From Neoconidiobolus thromboides FSU 785 (taxonomy: Eukaryota > Fungi > Entomophthoromycota), in contig MU626316.1 of NCBI GenBank assembly GCA_025603075.1, positions 46,699 to 110,698 on the forward strand: a DNA stretch of 64,000 nt, given 5' to 3'. A program made the translations under genes and the position numbers. Each line of letters begins with the position of its first letter. Positions within the stretch are counted from its first letter, which is position 1. Shown here one piece after another: positions 1 to 13,035 of the stretch. The notes under the pieces were generated by a model, which saw nothing but the letters and a program-made list of their open reading frames with translations, was not told the origin of the DNA and searched no databases.

Positions 1-1362
1 TTTAAATAAGAAATTTAATTGGCTTAATTTTATGAATTTAAGTTCTAATAGTAGGTGAAACCAAGGTTTAAGGCTAAACTAAGGCAAATGAATGGATTAA
101 GCGTCAAATAAGGATCAAATGTTTGATCAAATGTTTAATAAATATCAATAAATAGGCCAATATAATATAACATTAATATAATAATTTAACCATGATTCAG
201 TATTGTAACTCAAGTATTTAGAATAATATTTTAAATTCATCAATAAATGTTTATAAAGAAAATAGTTCTTGTTGAGCTTTTTTAGGTTACTTGGCAATAA
301 TTTGTAATTTAGCGGGAAAAATAATGCTAGTTTAAATTGGTTCTAAACATACTATTATTTTATTTTTTAAAATATAACTTCAAGTTTTAAAACCCTAAAT
401 TATATTTAATACATAATGTATCATAAGATATCAGATCTGAAAGATTCTTTTAATAATTTTTTTGGTTTTATCTTAAACCTTTACTTCTCTTTTTACTATT
501 ATTATTACTACCCTTAATGTTACACACACGGCTAAACACCTCTTATATTTGATTTATTATATTTTGAATATTATGGTTTTATTATTAAAAATAGTAATTA
601 AAAGTTGATATTTTAAATCATTCTAAATCTTTACTGCGAACTTGAATTTTGTGTAATTTGATGATAATTGCAAAGTTATTTAATATTTAACTCTTATTTT
701 ATCTAATAAAAGTATAGTAATTTACGATTTATAAACTCAAAAATTCAAAATTCTATTTTTAATACATCATTTAATGAACTATTCTAATTAATGTTGTTAA
801 GGATTTGACTTAATTAGTTAATTAACTCATTATTTTGAAATAAAAACCAAAATTTAAAGCATATATTATGATTCTAATTTTATAATTTTTTACATTTTCA
901 AATATAAAGTAAAAATTATTTAACTTTATTTATTGCTTCTTAATCACGTTATAACCCGATTATCCTTTTTCTAAGCCCTCAACTCCTAACATTGACTTTG
1001 AAAAAAGTAATTTAAGCCTTATAAATATTTCTAAAGTCCCGTGCAAACCGGATTTTATTAATAGTTAAGCCTATAACATACTATTCAATAAAAGCAACTG
1101 TTGGTATTTATTGAGTTTTTTAATTTTAATGATTTAACTACAGTAAAAATAATATAAATAGAAATTACTAATTTTAAATATTGTATAAATAAAGTAAACT
1201 GATATCTTGTTTATTTAAAATAAATAGTTATTTTAAATATTTAACCCCTATTTAAGAGATGCTGGTACTCTTTAATTTATAAAACTGGTTTATTTTAAAG
1301 TCCACAATAGAATAACTAACAATATTGAAATAAGTAAAGTTATTACTCCAATATTTCAAAAC

Positions 1363-1451
1363 AAAATAAAATAAAATAAAATAAAATAAAATAAAATGAA
1401 ATAAAATAAAAAATAAAAAATAAAAAATTAATTAATTAATTAATTAATTAA
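1363..1451. repeat. (AAAAT)n followed by (TTAA)n simple repeat
   Basis: Direct reading: aaaataaaataaaat... then ttaattaattaa... Confidence 0.85.
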
Positions 1452-2905
1452 TGAATTAAAACATCAATATAATATTATTTGGAGTTAACTATATTGTGGT
1501 TTTATCCATAAAACAATATATTTTGTTTCTGATATTTAAAATAGTTCCTTAAAATTTATACTAAATTAAATAATAACTTATTATTCATTTTACGTAAAAA
1601 CTTCAATTTTCGGACTTTCAAAGATTGAACAAAATTATCACTTTACTCACTTTGGTGATTGCAATTTTATCTTTTTTTACAACTTAATAAATTACAGTAT
1701 GTGATTATCAGGTTAATGAATTCAGTTATTATAGTTAATTTAATAATGAGATAAAGTAGAATCACTTTAAATAATAGAACTTAATAAATAGAAAGATCAA
1801 AGTAATACAGTAGGACATGTAAGAGAGATGTTATAGTTATAAAATAGATGTTAATTATAAAATATTATAGAATATAGGATAGTTATGGAATTGGTATAGA
1901 TGTAATAGAATAAATATGACTATAAGTTTTTACTTGATTTTTCTTCTGTTGATTACTGATATTTTATTTATTCTTATTTTCTATTTTGATAATTGATACC
2001 TTACTTCTCTTCTATAGTTAACTAATATCTTGTCCCTAATAATATCTTCCGATGTAGAATATCCAGTTCCGTATTTTTTTGTACTGAAATTTATTAAAGT
2101 TGCAAAAATTCAAAACTTATTTATCAAGAGAAAAATACTGATTTAAAGCCTAAAAAGATTGTAAACTTTAACCCAAGGCCAAGAAAAAGTCAGATATATA
2201 GTGATTAATTTTGATAGATCTTACTGATAATAAAGTGACGTGGACTAATAGAAGGATTTTAAATAAGTTTTTATAATAAATTCTAAAAAACATAAAGTAA
2301 AAGATATTATATTAGATGAAATGACATAAAATGAATAGTAAGTAAAGAACAACAATAAAAAACAATTACTAATATGAAATCAATAAGGTAATGCAACTAA
2401 TTTCACATTGAGTTCATAATTAATTAAGCTATATTAAGATTAAAAAATAATTGAAAATTCAGTAGTAAATTCAATAATGATATTTTATTTCAAGACCACT
2501 AGATTATTCTACTTCGCTACTATTTTCATATTGTACTTCCTTATTGTCTACTAAAAAAAACTGCTAATTCAAAGAGGATTAATATTCAGTTAATTTAAAA
2601 CTAAGCATAGAGGACCAATTAATTTACTTTATCAATTAAAGGATGAAAGCAACGTTTATAAAAACGAAAAAGGTAAAATGAAAAAGATAAAAAAAGAGGC
2701 AAAATTATTATTTTAAAAAAAGCATGAATATCAAATCATAAAACAAGCGATAATGATAAATTATTAAAACATATAAATAGAAAACGAAGGGGTTAATTTA
2801 AAAATAAAATCTTTGAAATTAATTTTCATTTCTTTTTCATTTCTATTTCTTATTTATTCTTTAGAGTTTTTTTTAAATTCCGTTGTAGGATTATTTATCA
2901 TCATT

Positions 2906-3613
2906 ATGTCAAATATCAATACTACTACCACCATTGTTCCCATCACAACCCTTGCTACAGAACAAAACACAACATCAACAGTAAATATAGATGATAGTCT
3001 AATATCACCTGTCGACCCCACATTAGAGATATTTGAACGAATAAGCATTGATACTCAATTACCTAGTTATGAAGAACATTCAGAGCCCATAAGAATCAAA
3101 TCAAATTATGCTTTTAGTACTTTAATACCTAAAGATTTATATAAAGTAATGATGTATGGGAGTGAAAAAGAACATTATCAATTTCAACAAAGTATTAAAA
3201 GAACATTTTGGATTCGAATTGGATTATGTTTATTAGTAATAGGATTAATTGTTACTGGTGCAATTTGTTTAATTTATACTGTTGGTTCTTTTTTTATGTC
3301 GTTTTTGATTGCATTGATATTTCCATTGATTTATTTATTTTCTCAATTTTTGGTAAGTTGTTTATTATATTTTATAACTCATGTTACATATAATTAATTG
3401 CTTTCTACTTTCTTTTAGTGGTGGTTACATTATCATAAATCGTGTAGAAATAAAGATACTTATTTAAGATCTAATTATCGATTAGCTAGTAAATTCTCAC
3501 GTAAAGAGAATCAACAAAGGAATCAATTTGCAACTAATTTTTTAGAATCCTTAAGTTTACCACCATCTTATTTTTCTTCTAATTTAAATTCACCCCCACC
3601 AGAATATGTTTGA
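2906..3613 (+). CDS. 2-TM membrane protein with PPxY motifs, copy PY1 (exons 2906-3352, 3419-3613)
   Basis: ATG 2906. Phase-0 intron gtaagt...ttttag. Exon 2 is open for 65 codons and ends LPPSY...PPPEYV*. Two hydrophobic segments. Shares YA...YxVMxYG...SI..T..R with PY2-4. Confidence 0.8.
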
Positions 3614-4103
3614 TTCTGTTAGATAAAAAAAGAAGGAATTAAAATAGGAAAAGGGGTACTTTATTTATCATCATTTATTTTGTTTAAGTTAATATATTCT
3701 TTCATCTCTCTTCTCTTATTATCATTATTAATTGTATTATTTAATAAAAAATTATCAGTGCTTTTTTTATTTTCTTATTAGTAATGTTTAGCCATTATGT
3801 TTTTATATTAATTGTTTATTGTCAACGCATTGTTATTATTATTATTGAGTTTTTATTGGTTAACATTATCGATTTCAACTCATCGGTTCTTTCCATACTC
3901 CGAATCTAGCCTTTTGGGAACCTTTTATCCGCTTTTATCGTAACATTATGATCTTAATTTACCCTTATTAATTAGTATCATTGATTTTATACTCTCCTTA
4001 TTTTATTATCACATTTTCAATCTCAATAAACTACTTTGTAAGTTATTAAATTGAATTTTACTCAAGATTAATTTTTATTAGAGAATATTTGATATTGAAA
4101 TCA

Positions 4104-4105
<2 letters not shown>

Positions 4106-4160
<55 letters not shown>
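4106..4160. repeat. (TAA)~18 microsatellite
   Basis: Direct reading. Confidence 0.95.
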
Positions 4161-4162
<2 letters not shown>

Positions 4163-4836
4163 AAATGAAAATATAGAAATAAATAAGAATGTTGTCATTA
4201 TTTTTATATTTTAAAGTTTATTTTTGAATAAGAATTTATTTTTATTAAGGTTTTAGTTAAGGGATGAACTATTGAATCATTTAAGTCACTAGAAATTCAA
4301 ATAGATTTAGGGGATGTTAAGATAGATAAATAGGAGAAGTATGAATCGGGTAAAGACAAAGGGGCATTAATTTTAGTGAATAAAATTAATTATACTTTGG
4401 GGCTTTAATTGATAATTAATTATTTTAAGTTGATTTATTTGTAAGATACGACTATTAGTTTTCTAAAATTAATTACAAAATTCAATTATAAATAACTTAG
4501 CAAAATAAAAATAAAAATAAAAATAGAAAAATAAAAATAGAAATAAAAACAAAATATTTCATTAATAAATTAATTATTGATAAACTACAAATAATTATTT
4601 TATAGTCTAATTACACTATTAATATAATCATAGTCTATTTTAAAATTCATCTTTTATTTATATAAAAAACAATAATTATGATTAAAATAAATACATAAAA
4701 TAAATCATAATTAATATATAACAAGTTTTAATACTATAATAAAACTATTACTTTTTTTATTTCTTCATATATATATATATATATTATAATATTGGTATTA
4801 TATTAATATAATAAAGTCAATGAATAGTTAATCTTT

Positions 4837-6182
4837 TTAAATACAAGTCAATTTCTTTGATAAATTCCACAATTTATCTTGTAATTCAATATCTTTAGTC
4901 CAATAAGTAGGTTGCATTGGTAATTCATCTGCAAAATATAAAGAATCTTTTGGAATATTATCTAATAAAGCTAATCTTAAGGTAGTCATTGCTCCTTGTA
5001 AGGGTGTTTTCATAAAATAATTTCCAAAAATATCTACTGCTTTGTCTGCCATAGAATCATATCTAAACAATTCAGTTTTAACAACTCCTGGATGAACTAC
5101 GTAACCTAAGAAATAGAACTTAATTAAATTATTATAATATTTGTTATTAATTTAAATTTACATTGTACTTGATCGGAGATATGTCTTTTAAATGCATAAG
5201 TGCTCATAACAACAGCTGCTTTTGCTTTAGAATAATGAGCTAGATCATTGTATTGTTGATAATTATTAATGTCTTCAAAATCACCATCAGAAGCTAATTA
5301 ATTTAATATTTAGACTTATTATAAATAAGGAATAATAAACTAAACTTACCCATATAATGAGCCAATGAAGATAAATTAATTAACTTTGAGTTATTTGTTG
5401 CAATTAATTTATCTTTTAATAAATTGTATAATAAAAAGTGACTTAAATAATTCACTTGAAAGGTTAATTCAAACCCATCTTTACTACGTTCAAATTCGGG
5501 AATTTTCATAATTCCTGCGTTATTGATTAATAAATTTAATGGTAAATCTTTGCTCTCAAATTCCTTTACGAACGACTTCACAGAATCAAAACTAGTTAAA
5601 TCTAATGCAATGAACTCAATTTTACTATTAAGACCGCAATCTGATTTGATCTTTTCAATAGCTACTTCCGCTTTTTCTTGCGAACGACAAGCTATTTAAG
5701 AGAAATTGATTATATTAATTAACTTTTATTTTAAATATTTAACTTAATTTAATTTACCTAAAATAACATGAAATTTAGCTTTAACTAACCAATGAGCGGT
5801 TTCAAATCCAATACCAGTATTACCACCTTTAATCAATTTAACATATTAATTTTTACTACTCAAACTCTTAAATATTACCAGTGACAATTGCTACTTTATT
5901 TTCTTCATTAGGATGATTCTTTAAATGTTGTTGAACTAATCTATTGAAATAATATTATTAATACATAGACTTAGTAAAATAATAAAAACAATCAAATGTT
6001 ACTTACTCATTAGCATGTTTTTCAGCATTAGAATATTCGCCAAGGAAATAGTAATATGGTGAAAACATTACTGAAAATACCATCATTATACCAGCTTTAA
6101 CAATATAAGGTAATGGGAAATAAGTAGCAAAGTTTAACAGAGATTCTTCTGCTTTATTAGAATACTTGGGTGTTAAACTCAT
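4837..6182 (-). CDS. Short-chain dehydrogenase/reductase, RDH/WWOX-type catalytic domain, copy SDR-A (6 exons, intact)
   Basis: Manual splicing gives VAIVTGGNTGIG, LLINNAGIM, YSKAK (YxxxK) and VVHPGVVKT, with an N-terminal hydrophobic segment. Confidence 0.9.
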
Positions 6183-6713
6183 TATTTTGATATTTGGATC
6201 TTATTGTTTTTATTTGAAATCTAATAAAAAGTAAAGTGTAATTAAAATTCATTCCATTTGGTTTTATATAGTGATGTCATCTTTAAATAGTTGAATTTTT
6301 AAATGTTCTATTTTTAGCTTCCAAAGTAAGGGTAAGTGGTTTTCGAAAGTCTTTTTAAAACTATAATTTTCAATTGAAATAGTAATTACTCGGAATCTTG
6401 ATCGGGATTAGATTAACTTGTTAAAGGTTTTTTTGAGTTTTTAAATTGTATTGAATATTTTTTAATGTGAATTTAAAAATGTATAAAAAATTTCAATATT
6501 TAAATTAACTTTTAAAAAAATTGACTATCATTTAAAAGCAACAAAGATTTCTAACTATGAGCTCTTTTGTATCAATTTTCTTACCAATTTTCTAATAAGA
6601 TCATCGAAAATTTATATAGAACACAATAAAATAAAAAAATGAAATTAACAAAAGTATAATAATAAAATAGCAATAATAATAACTCATCGTTAAACAAAAT
6701 CATTGCATTTAAT

Positions 6714-7304
6714 TTAACCCTGTATATAAGCCGGAGGTAATGTATTAGCTTCTCGATAATTAGGAGGAGCAATAAACTCATAAGAAATAACACCTGCAGT
6801 TAATTGTTGTTCTCTTTCGTTAGCTTCTTGTAATTGAAATTTAATCATTGTTCTTCTATTAAATTTAACATAATTGGCTTGATTTTTTATGGATCGTAAA
6901 CAATGGATGAGATACTAAAGAAAAGGTTAGTATAATGATTATAGTGGGATATATATATAAATACAATAGAGGATATAATGATTACTTACCCAACCTTGAA
7001 TGAGTAAAGTAAACAAACAAAAGATAGATAATGGTAATAAATATGAATAAAAGGTAAAACTATCATTATGATAAAGTATAATTGATACTGATATTATTAA
7101 TAGTATGGGAAAGATAATAAAAAATCGATAGATATATGTCTTTAATATACTCAATCTTAATAATGTCTTTTGTTGTTTGTTTCCATAGATCATAACTCGA
7201 TAAATGACATGATTGAGTCCATTTTTAATGGCATAATCAGAGGCTATTTCAATTTCGTTTTGTTCAGAAACAGTATTGTTGTTGATAGGGGGAGTTAGAT
7301 CCAT
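6714..7304 (-). CDS. 2-TM PPxY membrane protein, copy PY2 (exons 7304-6990, 6914-6714)
   Basis: Phase-0 intron after QGW. Exon 2 is 201 nt and ends APPNYREANTLPPAYIQG*. Confidence 0.85.
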
Positions 7305-7914
7305 TAAAGAATAAAGAAATAAAAAACTAAGTTTAAAAGCTTATAATTATATAAATTATTTATAAATATCATGATTTTATTAAATTTTCTATTTTTAACA
7401 TTAGTCTCTCCCTGAATTTTACTTTAAATTTGCATTTTACAGTTATTCCAACTCTTTTGTGAATTTATTAGTGATAATTTTTATAGCCAAATCATTTATA
7501 TAGGTAATTTTTTTAAAATCCAATCATTATAATTAAACTGAATTTTAAATTAATGTTAATTCTTAAATGAGGAATTAGTTGGATCATAGTGGGCTGTAAC
7601 AAGTAAAGCTTATTTAGCCTATCTGTTATTTTATTTAATTCTCTTTTTATGTTGTCATTTTTAAATAGATGATAATTTAGTAAACTGAGTAAAATAAGAT
7701 AGAAAGTAAAAGAAACTTGATGATAGTTATTTTTACTAATTTTAATACTATTAATAAGGGATGAAATAAAATCCCTAATTAAAAGTTCTAAGTAAATACT
7801 AAATTCTATGAAATTCTAACATGGATTTAATGAAATGTAAAGTGTGGTGGCGCAGAATAGTTGTCCAATTATTGAGAACTATGAAAAAACTCATTAGTAG
7901 TTGAAGAAACATTC

Positions 7915-8011
7915 GGGGATGTATTTTTGTATTTGAGAATTTTACTAATAATCTTTCTACTCAAATAGCGCTTAAAAAATGAAAAAATAATGAAATCAAA
8001 AAAACATCTCC
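7915..8011 (+). mobile_element. ~98-bp MITE copy
   Basis: GGGGATGT...ACATCTCC; TSD ATTC/ATTC. Confidence 0.9.
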
Positions 8012-8321
8012 ATTCTGTGCCATTACGTTTTTCTGCTCTATCAGATCCATATTAATAGATAAAAGAACCTTATAGAAACTAATACTTGATCTTTTTTGAG
8101 CAAAAAGAAAGTCATTGGTTTTAATAGTAGTTATTTTAGATGTCTAAATATAATATACTTTTTATACAAAAAAATTAAACTACTACAATTATCCATCTTT
8201 ACTAGTAAATTAACCACACAAAAAGAAGGTTATTTTAGAAACGCCCTTAGAAGTGAAAAATAAAACTAGTTTCAATTGATTCCAGCCAACAAGAAGCTTC
8301 CTTAGTACAATGGTGATGTAT

Positions 8322-8417
8322 GTGGATGTTTTTTTGACTCCATTACTTTTTCCGTTTTAAACGCTATTTGGATGAAAAGATTATTAGTAAAATTCTTAAA
8401 CAAAAAAATACATTCCC
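8322..8417 (-). mobile_element. ~98-bp MITE copy
   Basis: Matches family; flanks GTAT/ATAT (3 of 4 match). Confidence 0.85.
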
Positions 8418-8527
8418 ATATGGAAATTTAACTTCCAGGTTATTATGGGTTTGATTCCTATAGTAAGCTGTTGATCATTACTAATTGAGATGTAGAGCTC
8501 AGACTTCTAGTGTATGATTGACTAAAT

Positions 8528-8627
8528 TGGGATGTTTTCTTTTGACTTCACTACTTTTTTCATCTCTTAAGAACTATTTAAGCGGAAAGATTGTTAGTAA
8601 AATTCTTAAACACAAAAGTACATCCCC
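8528..8627 (-). mobile_element. ~98-bp MITE copy in last exon of SDR-B
   Basis: Matches family; no clear TSD. Confidence 0.85.
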
Positions 8628-9883
8628 CACAAGTTATCTTGTAACTTTTTGCATTTTTCCAATAATTTAGTTACATAAATAATTGGTTTGCAAAATGAAG
8701 GAAATTATCAAATATTTTATTTAATAGAGCTAATCTTAGCATAGATATAATCCCTTGTAATGGGATTTTAATAAGATAATTCTCAGCTCAGTCGATTCCT
8801 TTTTGGCTTATAGAATCCTAGCAAAATAACTCAGTTTTTACTATTCCTAAATGATCAATGTAGTCTAAGGAAAGAGAGATAGGTTGCTACTTGTTATGTC
8901 TCTATTTGTCAAAAACTTTAAAATAAATTGAACTTGATATGGAATATGTCTTTTAAATGTATAAGTACCCACAACTACCTTACTTTGCTTTTGTATAATG
9001 TTTTATATTATTATATTTATTCTGAACATTAAGTCTTGAAAGTTACCATTAGAAACTAATAGAAGATTCTAAATTAACTAACATATTATTGAATATTGAA
9101 TGAAAACTAGGCATCTAATGCACCAATAAAGATGAATTAAGAATTTTTAGATTTTTAGTCTTAACCAATTCTCTTTCAATAAATTATAGAGTAAGAAAAT
9201 GGACTAAATAATAGACTTTTCAAGTCAACTCGAGTCCATCCTAACTTTTTTAGTGTTCTTTGACCCTCGTAATACGAACACTACTGACCACTAAATTTAA
9301 TAATAATCGTCTACTTTATAATTCTATAGTAAACGCTTTCACTGATTTAAAACTAGTGAGATGTAATGGAATAAGCTCTATCTTACCATTAGAGCCCACT
9401 CTAGAGTATGTCTTTTCTATAGCCACCTTCAATTTCTCTTGGGAATAAGAAACTTTTTTATTATCTTAGCTGCCCATTGACATACTATATTATTACTCAA
9501 TGACATAAAATAACATGAAACTTGGATTGAACTAACCAACAAGCAGTTTTAAAACCAGTACCAGGATTGCTACCTAAATGAAATATTAAAATTGTGCTTT
9601 TTGGTTGTTTCAATCAACTATGTTATTCAATTACTTATAACAATAGCTACTTTATTTTCTTCTTCCTTATGGTTTTTTACGTGATATTGAACCAAATTAT
9701 ATAAATAAAAGTAAGGTTGCTTAAAATGATACAGAATCATGCTATTACTTGTTAACATATGTTCCTATATTCTTGCATTAGGATAATTACCAACAAATTG
9801 ATAATAAGGTGAAAATATTGTTGTAGGTACCATTGCCATGTCTAATTTTATAATAGAAAGCAGATTAGGATAAGATATTAAGT

Positions 9884-9981
9884 GGGGCTGTTTTTTTAAC
9901 TTCATAACTTTTTCCATTTTTTGAGCGCTATTTAGGCGGAGAGATTGTTAGTAAAATTATTAAACAAAAAAATACATCCCC
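9884..9981 (-). mobile_element. ~98-bp MITE copy in exon 1 of SDR-B
   Basis: GGGGCTGT...ACATCCCC; TSD AAGT/AAGT. Confidence 0.9.
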
Positions 9982-10046
9982 AAGTCTAAAATTGATTATT
10001 TACTTTTTTGGTATACTTTGGTGTTAAACTTTTTTCATTTTTAGAG

Positions 10047-10204
10047 TTAAAATGGCAACGTCGGATTTTTTTAGAGAAAAGGTCATAACTTTCCCTAGTA
10101 TAATTTAGAACTTTTTACTACTAAATCTAGTCAAATTTATGAATAAAAAATTTCAAATAAACTGAAAAAAGGCTTACTTTTAAAATCCGACGTTGCCATT
10201 TTAA
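10047..10204. mobile_element. Second, unrelated inverted-repeat element (158 bp), MITE-like
   Basis: Perfect 23-bp inverted repeat TTAAAATGGCAACGTCGGATTTT (10047-10069 / 10182-10204) with TTAA outermost. Single copy in this window. Confidence 0.6.
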
Positions 10205-10325
10205 TTCTGGAAAATAATATTAAATGTTATAAACCATTAAGTTTTAACTCATAATGTATTAAACTATAAAAGAAATTAATAAACATCTTTACTTAATTAT
10301 CAAAATATAAAACAAAAATAAAAAA

Positions 10326-11655
10326 ATGAATATAACGCCAAAGTATTCCAATAAAGTAGAGCAATCGATTTTGAACTTAATAGCTCGTCCTAAACTACCC
10401 TATTTTATAAAAGCAAGTTTAACAATGGTAGCTGTCACAATGTTTCCACCCTTTTATCGAATTATTAGTAATTTTCCTGATGCAGAAACCCACGCTAACA
10501 AGTAATAGATCAACATTTATTATTTTAAAGCCAAAGATTATTTATTAATTATTTTTTATATATTTTAGTCTAATTCAACATCATTTAAAAAACCATAGTG
10601 ATGAAGAAAATAAAGTAGCTATTGTTACAGGTAATCTAATAGCAGAACTATTAATAGAAATGACTAAATCTTTATTATTGTCATTTAGGTGGTAATACAG
10701 GTATTGGATTTGAAACCGCCCGTTGGTTAGTTAAAGCTAAATTCCATGTTATCTTAGGTAAGTCAAATAAGAATCAGTAAATAGAAAAAACAACTTATTG
10801 ATCAAAGCATGCCGTTCACAAGAAAAAGCGGAAGCAGCTATAGAAAAAATCCGCAACGAAGTAGGATTAGACAGTAAGGTAGAGTTTATGTCGTTAGATC
10901 TCACCAGCTTTGAATCGGTAAAAAGCTTTGCTAAAGAATTCCAAAGTAAACAATTACCTTTGAATTTATTGATCAACAATGCTGGTATTATGGGGATTAA
11001 AGAGTTTCAAAAAAGTAAGGATGGGTTTGAATTGACTTTCCAAGTTAATTATTTAAGCCATTTTTTACTTTATAATTTATTGAAGGACGAGCTTATCAAC
11101 ACTAAAAATTCAAAATTGATTAATTTGTCCTCATTAGCGCATTATATGGGTAAATTTCATTATCAACTATAATAATTCTAATACTAAAGGATTTTTTTAG
11201 CCTCTAATGGCAACTTTGAAGATATAGGTGATTCTAATAAATACAATGATCAAGATCAATATTCAAAAGCAAAAGCAGCTATTATCATGGGCACTTATGC
11301 ATTTAAGAGACATATATCGGATAGGGTTCAATGTAATTCAGGATCTTAACAATTATGATAATAAAAATAACCCATCTCTTTCTTAGGTTATGTCGTTCAT
11401 CCAGGCCTAGTAAAAACAGAAATATTTCGCCATGATTCTAAAGTTCAAAAAACAGTAGATAGGTTTGGAAATAGTTTTATGAAAACTAGTTTACAGGGTA
11501 CATTGACAACGTTAAGATTAGCTCTTATTGATAAAATACCTAAAGATTCACTATATTTTGCGGATGAGTTACCAATTCAATCTAGTTATTTAACAAAAGA
11601 TATTGAGTTACAAGATAAGTTATGGATGCTTTCTAAAAAATGGACTTGCATTTAA
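10326..11655 (+). CDS. SDR, RDH/WWOX-type, copy SDR-C (6 exons, intact)
   Basis: Same exon pattern as SDR-A (exon 1 is 176 nt in both); TGGNTGIG, NNAG, YSKAK, HPG motifs. Confidence 0.9.
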
Positions 11656-11956
11656 AATAAGTCAACTTTAAGAGGGTTTATGTAGTCATTAACGTAATAT
11701 AAGAAACCTCCAAATAAAAAGTTTCATTGATTAATTAGTTGATTTTTTAAATTTTATCAAAAGATTAAAGTTGATTTAGAAATTAGAAAAAGCTATGAAA
11801 TAATTTTTTTATAATGTAAAGCTTTTCATTTTTTAAATCGAGTATTAAAAAGTATCATTTTACTATAAAGCTTAATCAAAATTTTATAAAAAAGTATACA
11901 AATGATATAAAGCCATAATAACATTTTGAATAAACTATAAAAATAGACTCAATAAA

Positions 11957-12531
11957 TTAATTCTGTTGATAAGCAGGCGGAGAAATATTAGCTTCCCTAT
12001 AGTTAGGAGGGGGTATAAACTCATAAGAAACTAAATTAGTAGTTAATTGATTTCCTCTTTCATATGATTCTTGACTTTGGAATTTAGCTATTGTTGAATG
12101 ATTCAATCGTATATAGCTTGGTTGGTTTTTGATTGATCTTAAGGAGTGGACTAAATACTAGAAAAGGATTAGAAAACTAGCATAATATAATGGATGCCGT
12201 GTAATCAAATGAAACTTACCCAACCTTGTATAGCCATTATAATCCCCAAAATAATAAACAATGGTAATAAATAATGGTAAAAAATAATAGTATTATTATG
12301 ATAAACTAGAATTAATACCAATATTGTAAATAATAGCATAAATAGTATCAGAAATCGATAAATGTATGTTTTTAATATACTGAGTTTTAGCTGTATCTTT
12401 TGTTGTTTGTTGCCATAAAACATTACACGATAGATAGTATAGTTAAGTCCGGCCCTTATTGCATAGTTGTCCGCTATTGATATCTCAACTGAGTCTGGAG
12501 AGTCAAGGTAATTGGAATGAATATTATCCAT
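11957..12531 (-). CDS. 2-TM PPxY membrane protein, copy PY3 (exons 12531-12220, 12157-11957)
   Basis: Same intron position as PY2. Exon 2 is 201 nt and ends IPPPNYREANISPPAYQQN*. Confidence 0.85.
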
Positions 12532-12847
12532 TTTTTATGATAAGTTGTAAGTTTCAATAAATAAGACTTTAAAAAATGAAAAAAATAAAACCTCAGAGAT
12601 TATAGATTATAGAAGTTTCCATTAAATAGTTGTGATCTTTTATTATAGGCTTTGTTTTTAAATTTTAGTTCTCCCCTTAAATTTTTTAAAATTATTCTTG
12701 CATTTTATAAACAAATAGCCTATGGTTCTTTTATTCTTATTATCTTTGTGTTATTAACTATGCTTTAATAAATTTTGAGAAAATGATGGTCGTAGTTTAG
12801 TTCCTAGTTAATTTTACATATTGCTTTACTTGGTTTGGTAAGCATAT

Positions 12848-12946
12848 GGGGCTGTTTTTTTTGGTTTCATAACTTTTTCCATTTTTTAAGCACTATTCGA
12901 GCGGAAAAATTGTTAGTAAAATTACTAAATATAAAAATATATCACT
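12848..12946 (-). mobile_element. MITE copy (left member of inverted doublet)
   Basis: TSD ATAT/ATAT; the end nearest the partner is decayed (ATATCACT). Confidence 0.9.
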
Positions 12947-12950
12947 ATAT

Positions 12951-13035
12951 GGGGATGTATTTTTTTACTAACAATTTTTCCGCTCGAATAGTGCTTAAAA
13001 AATGGAAAAAGTTATGAAACCAAAAAAAACAGCCC
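12951..13035 (+). mobile_element. MITE copy with short internal deletion (right member of doublet)
   Basis: TSD ATAT/ATAT, left one shared with the neighbouring copy. Confidence 0.9.

Larger units (their letters stand above)
8500..10038 (-). pseudogene. SDR-B pseudogene (paralog of SDR-A/C)
   Basis: Recognisable remnants (LTPKY, LQGIISMLRLALL, LQDNLW) with stops and frameshifts. MITEs sit in the first and last exons. The 3' boundary is approximate. Confidence 0.8.

Noticed and set aside
4837-12531. A split-WWOX idea (WWOX-type SDR next to PPxY proteins)
   Set aside because: The SDR N-termini contain no WW domain (no W-x22-W pattern), so no direct binding link is supported.
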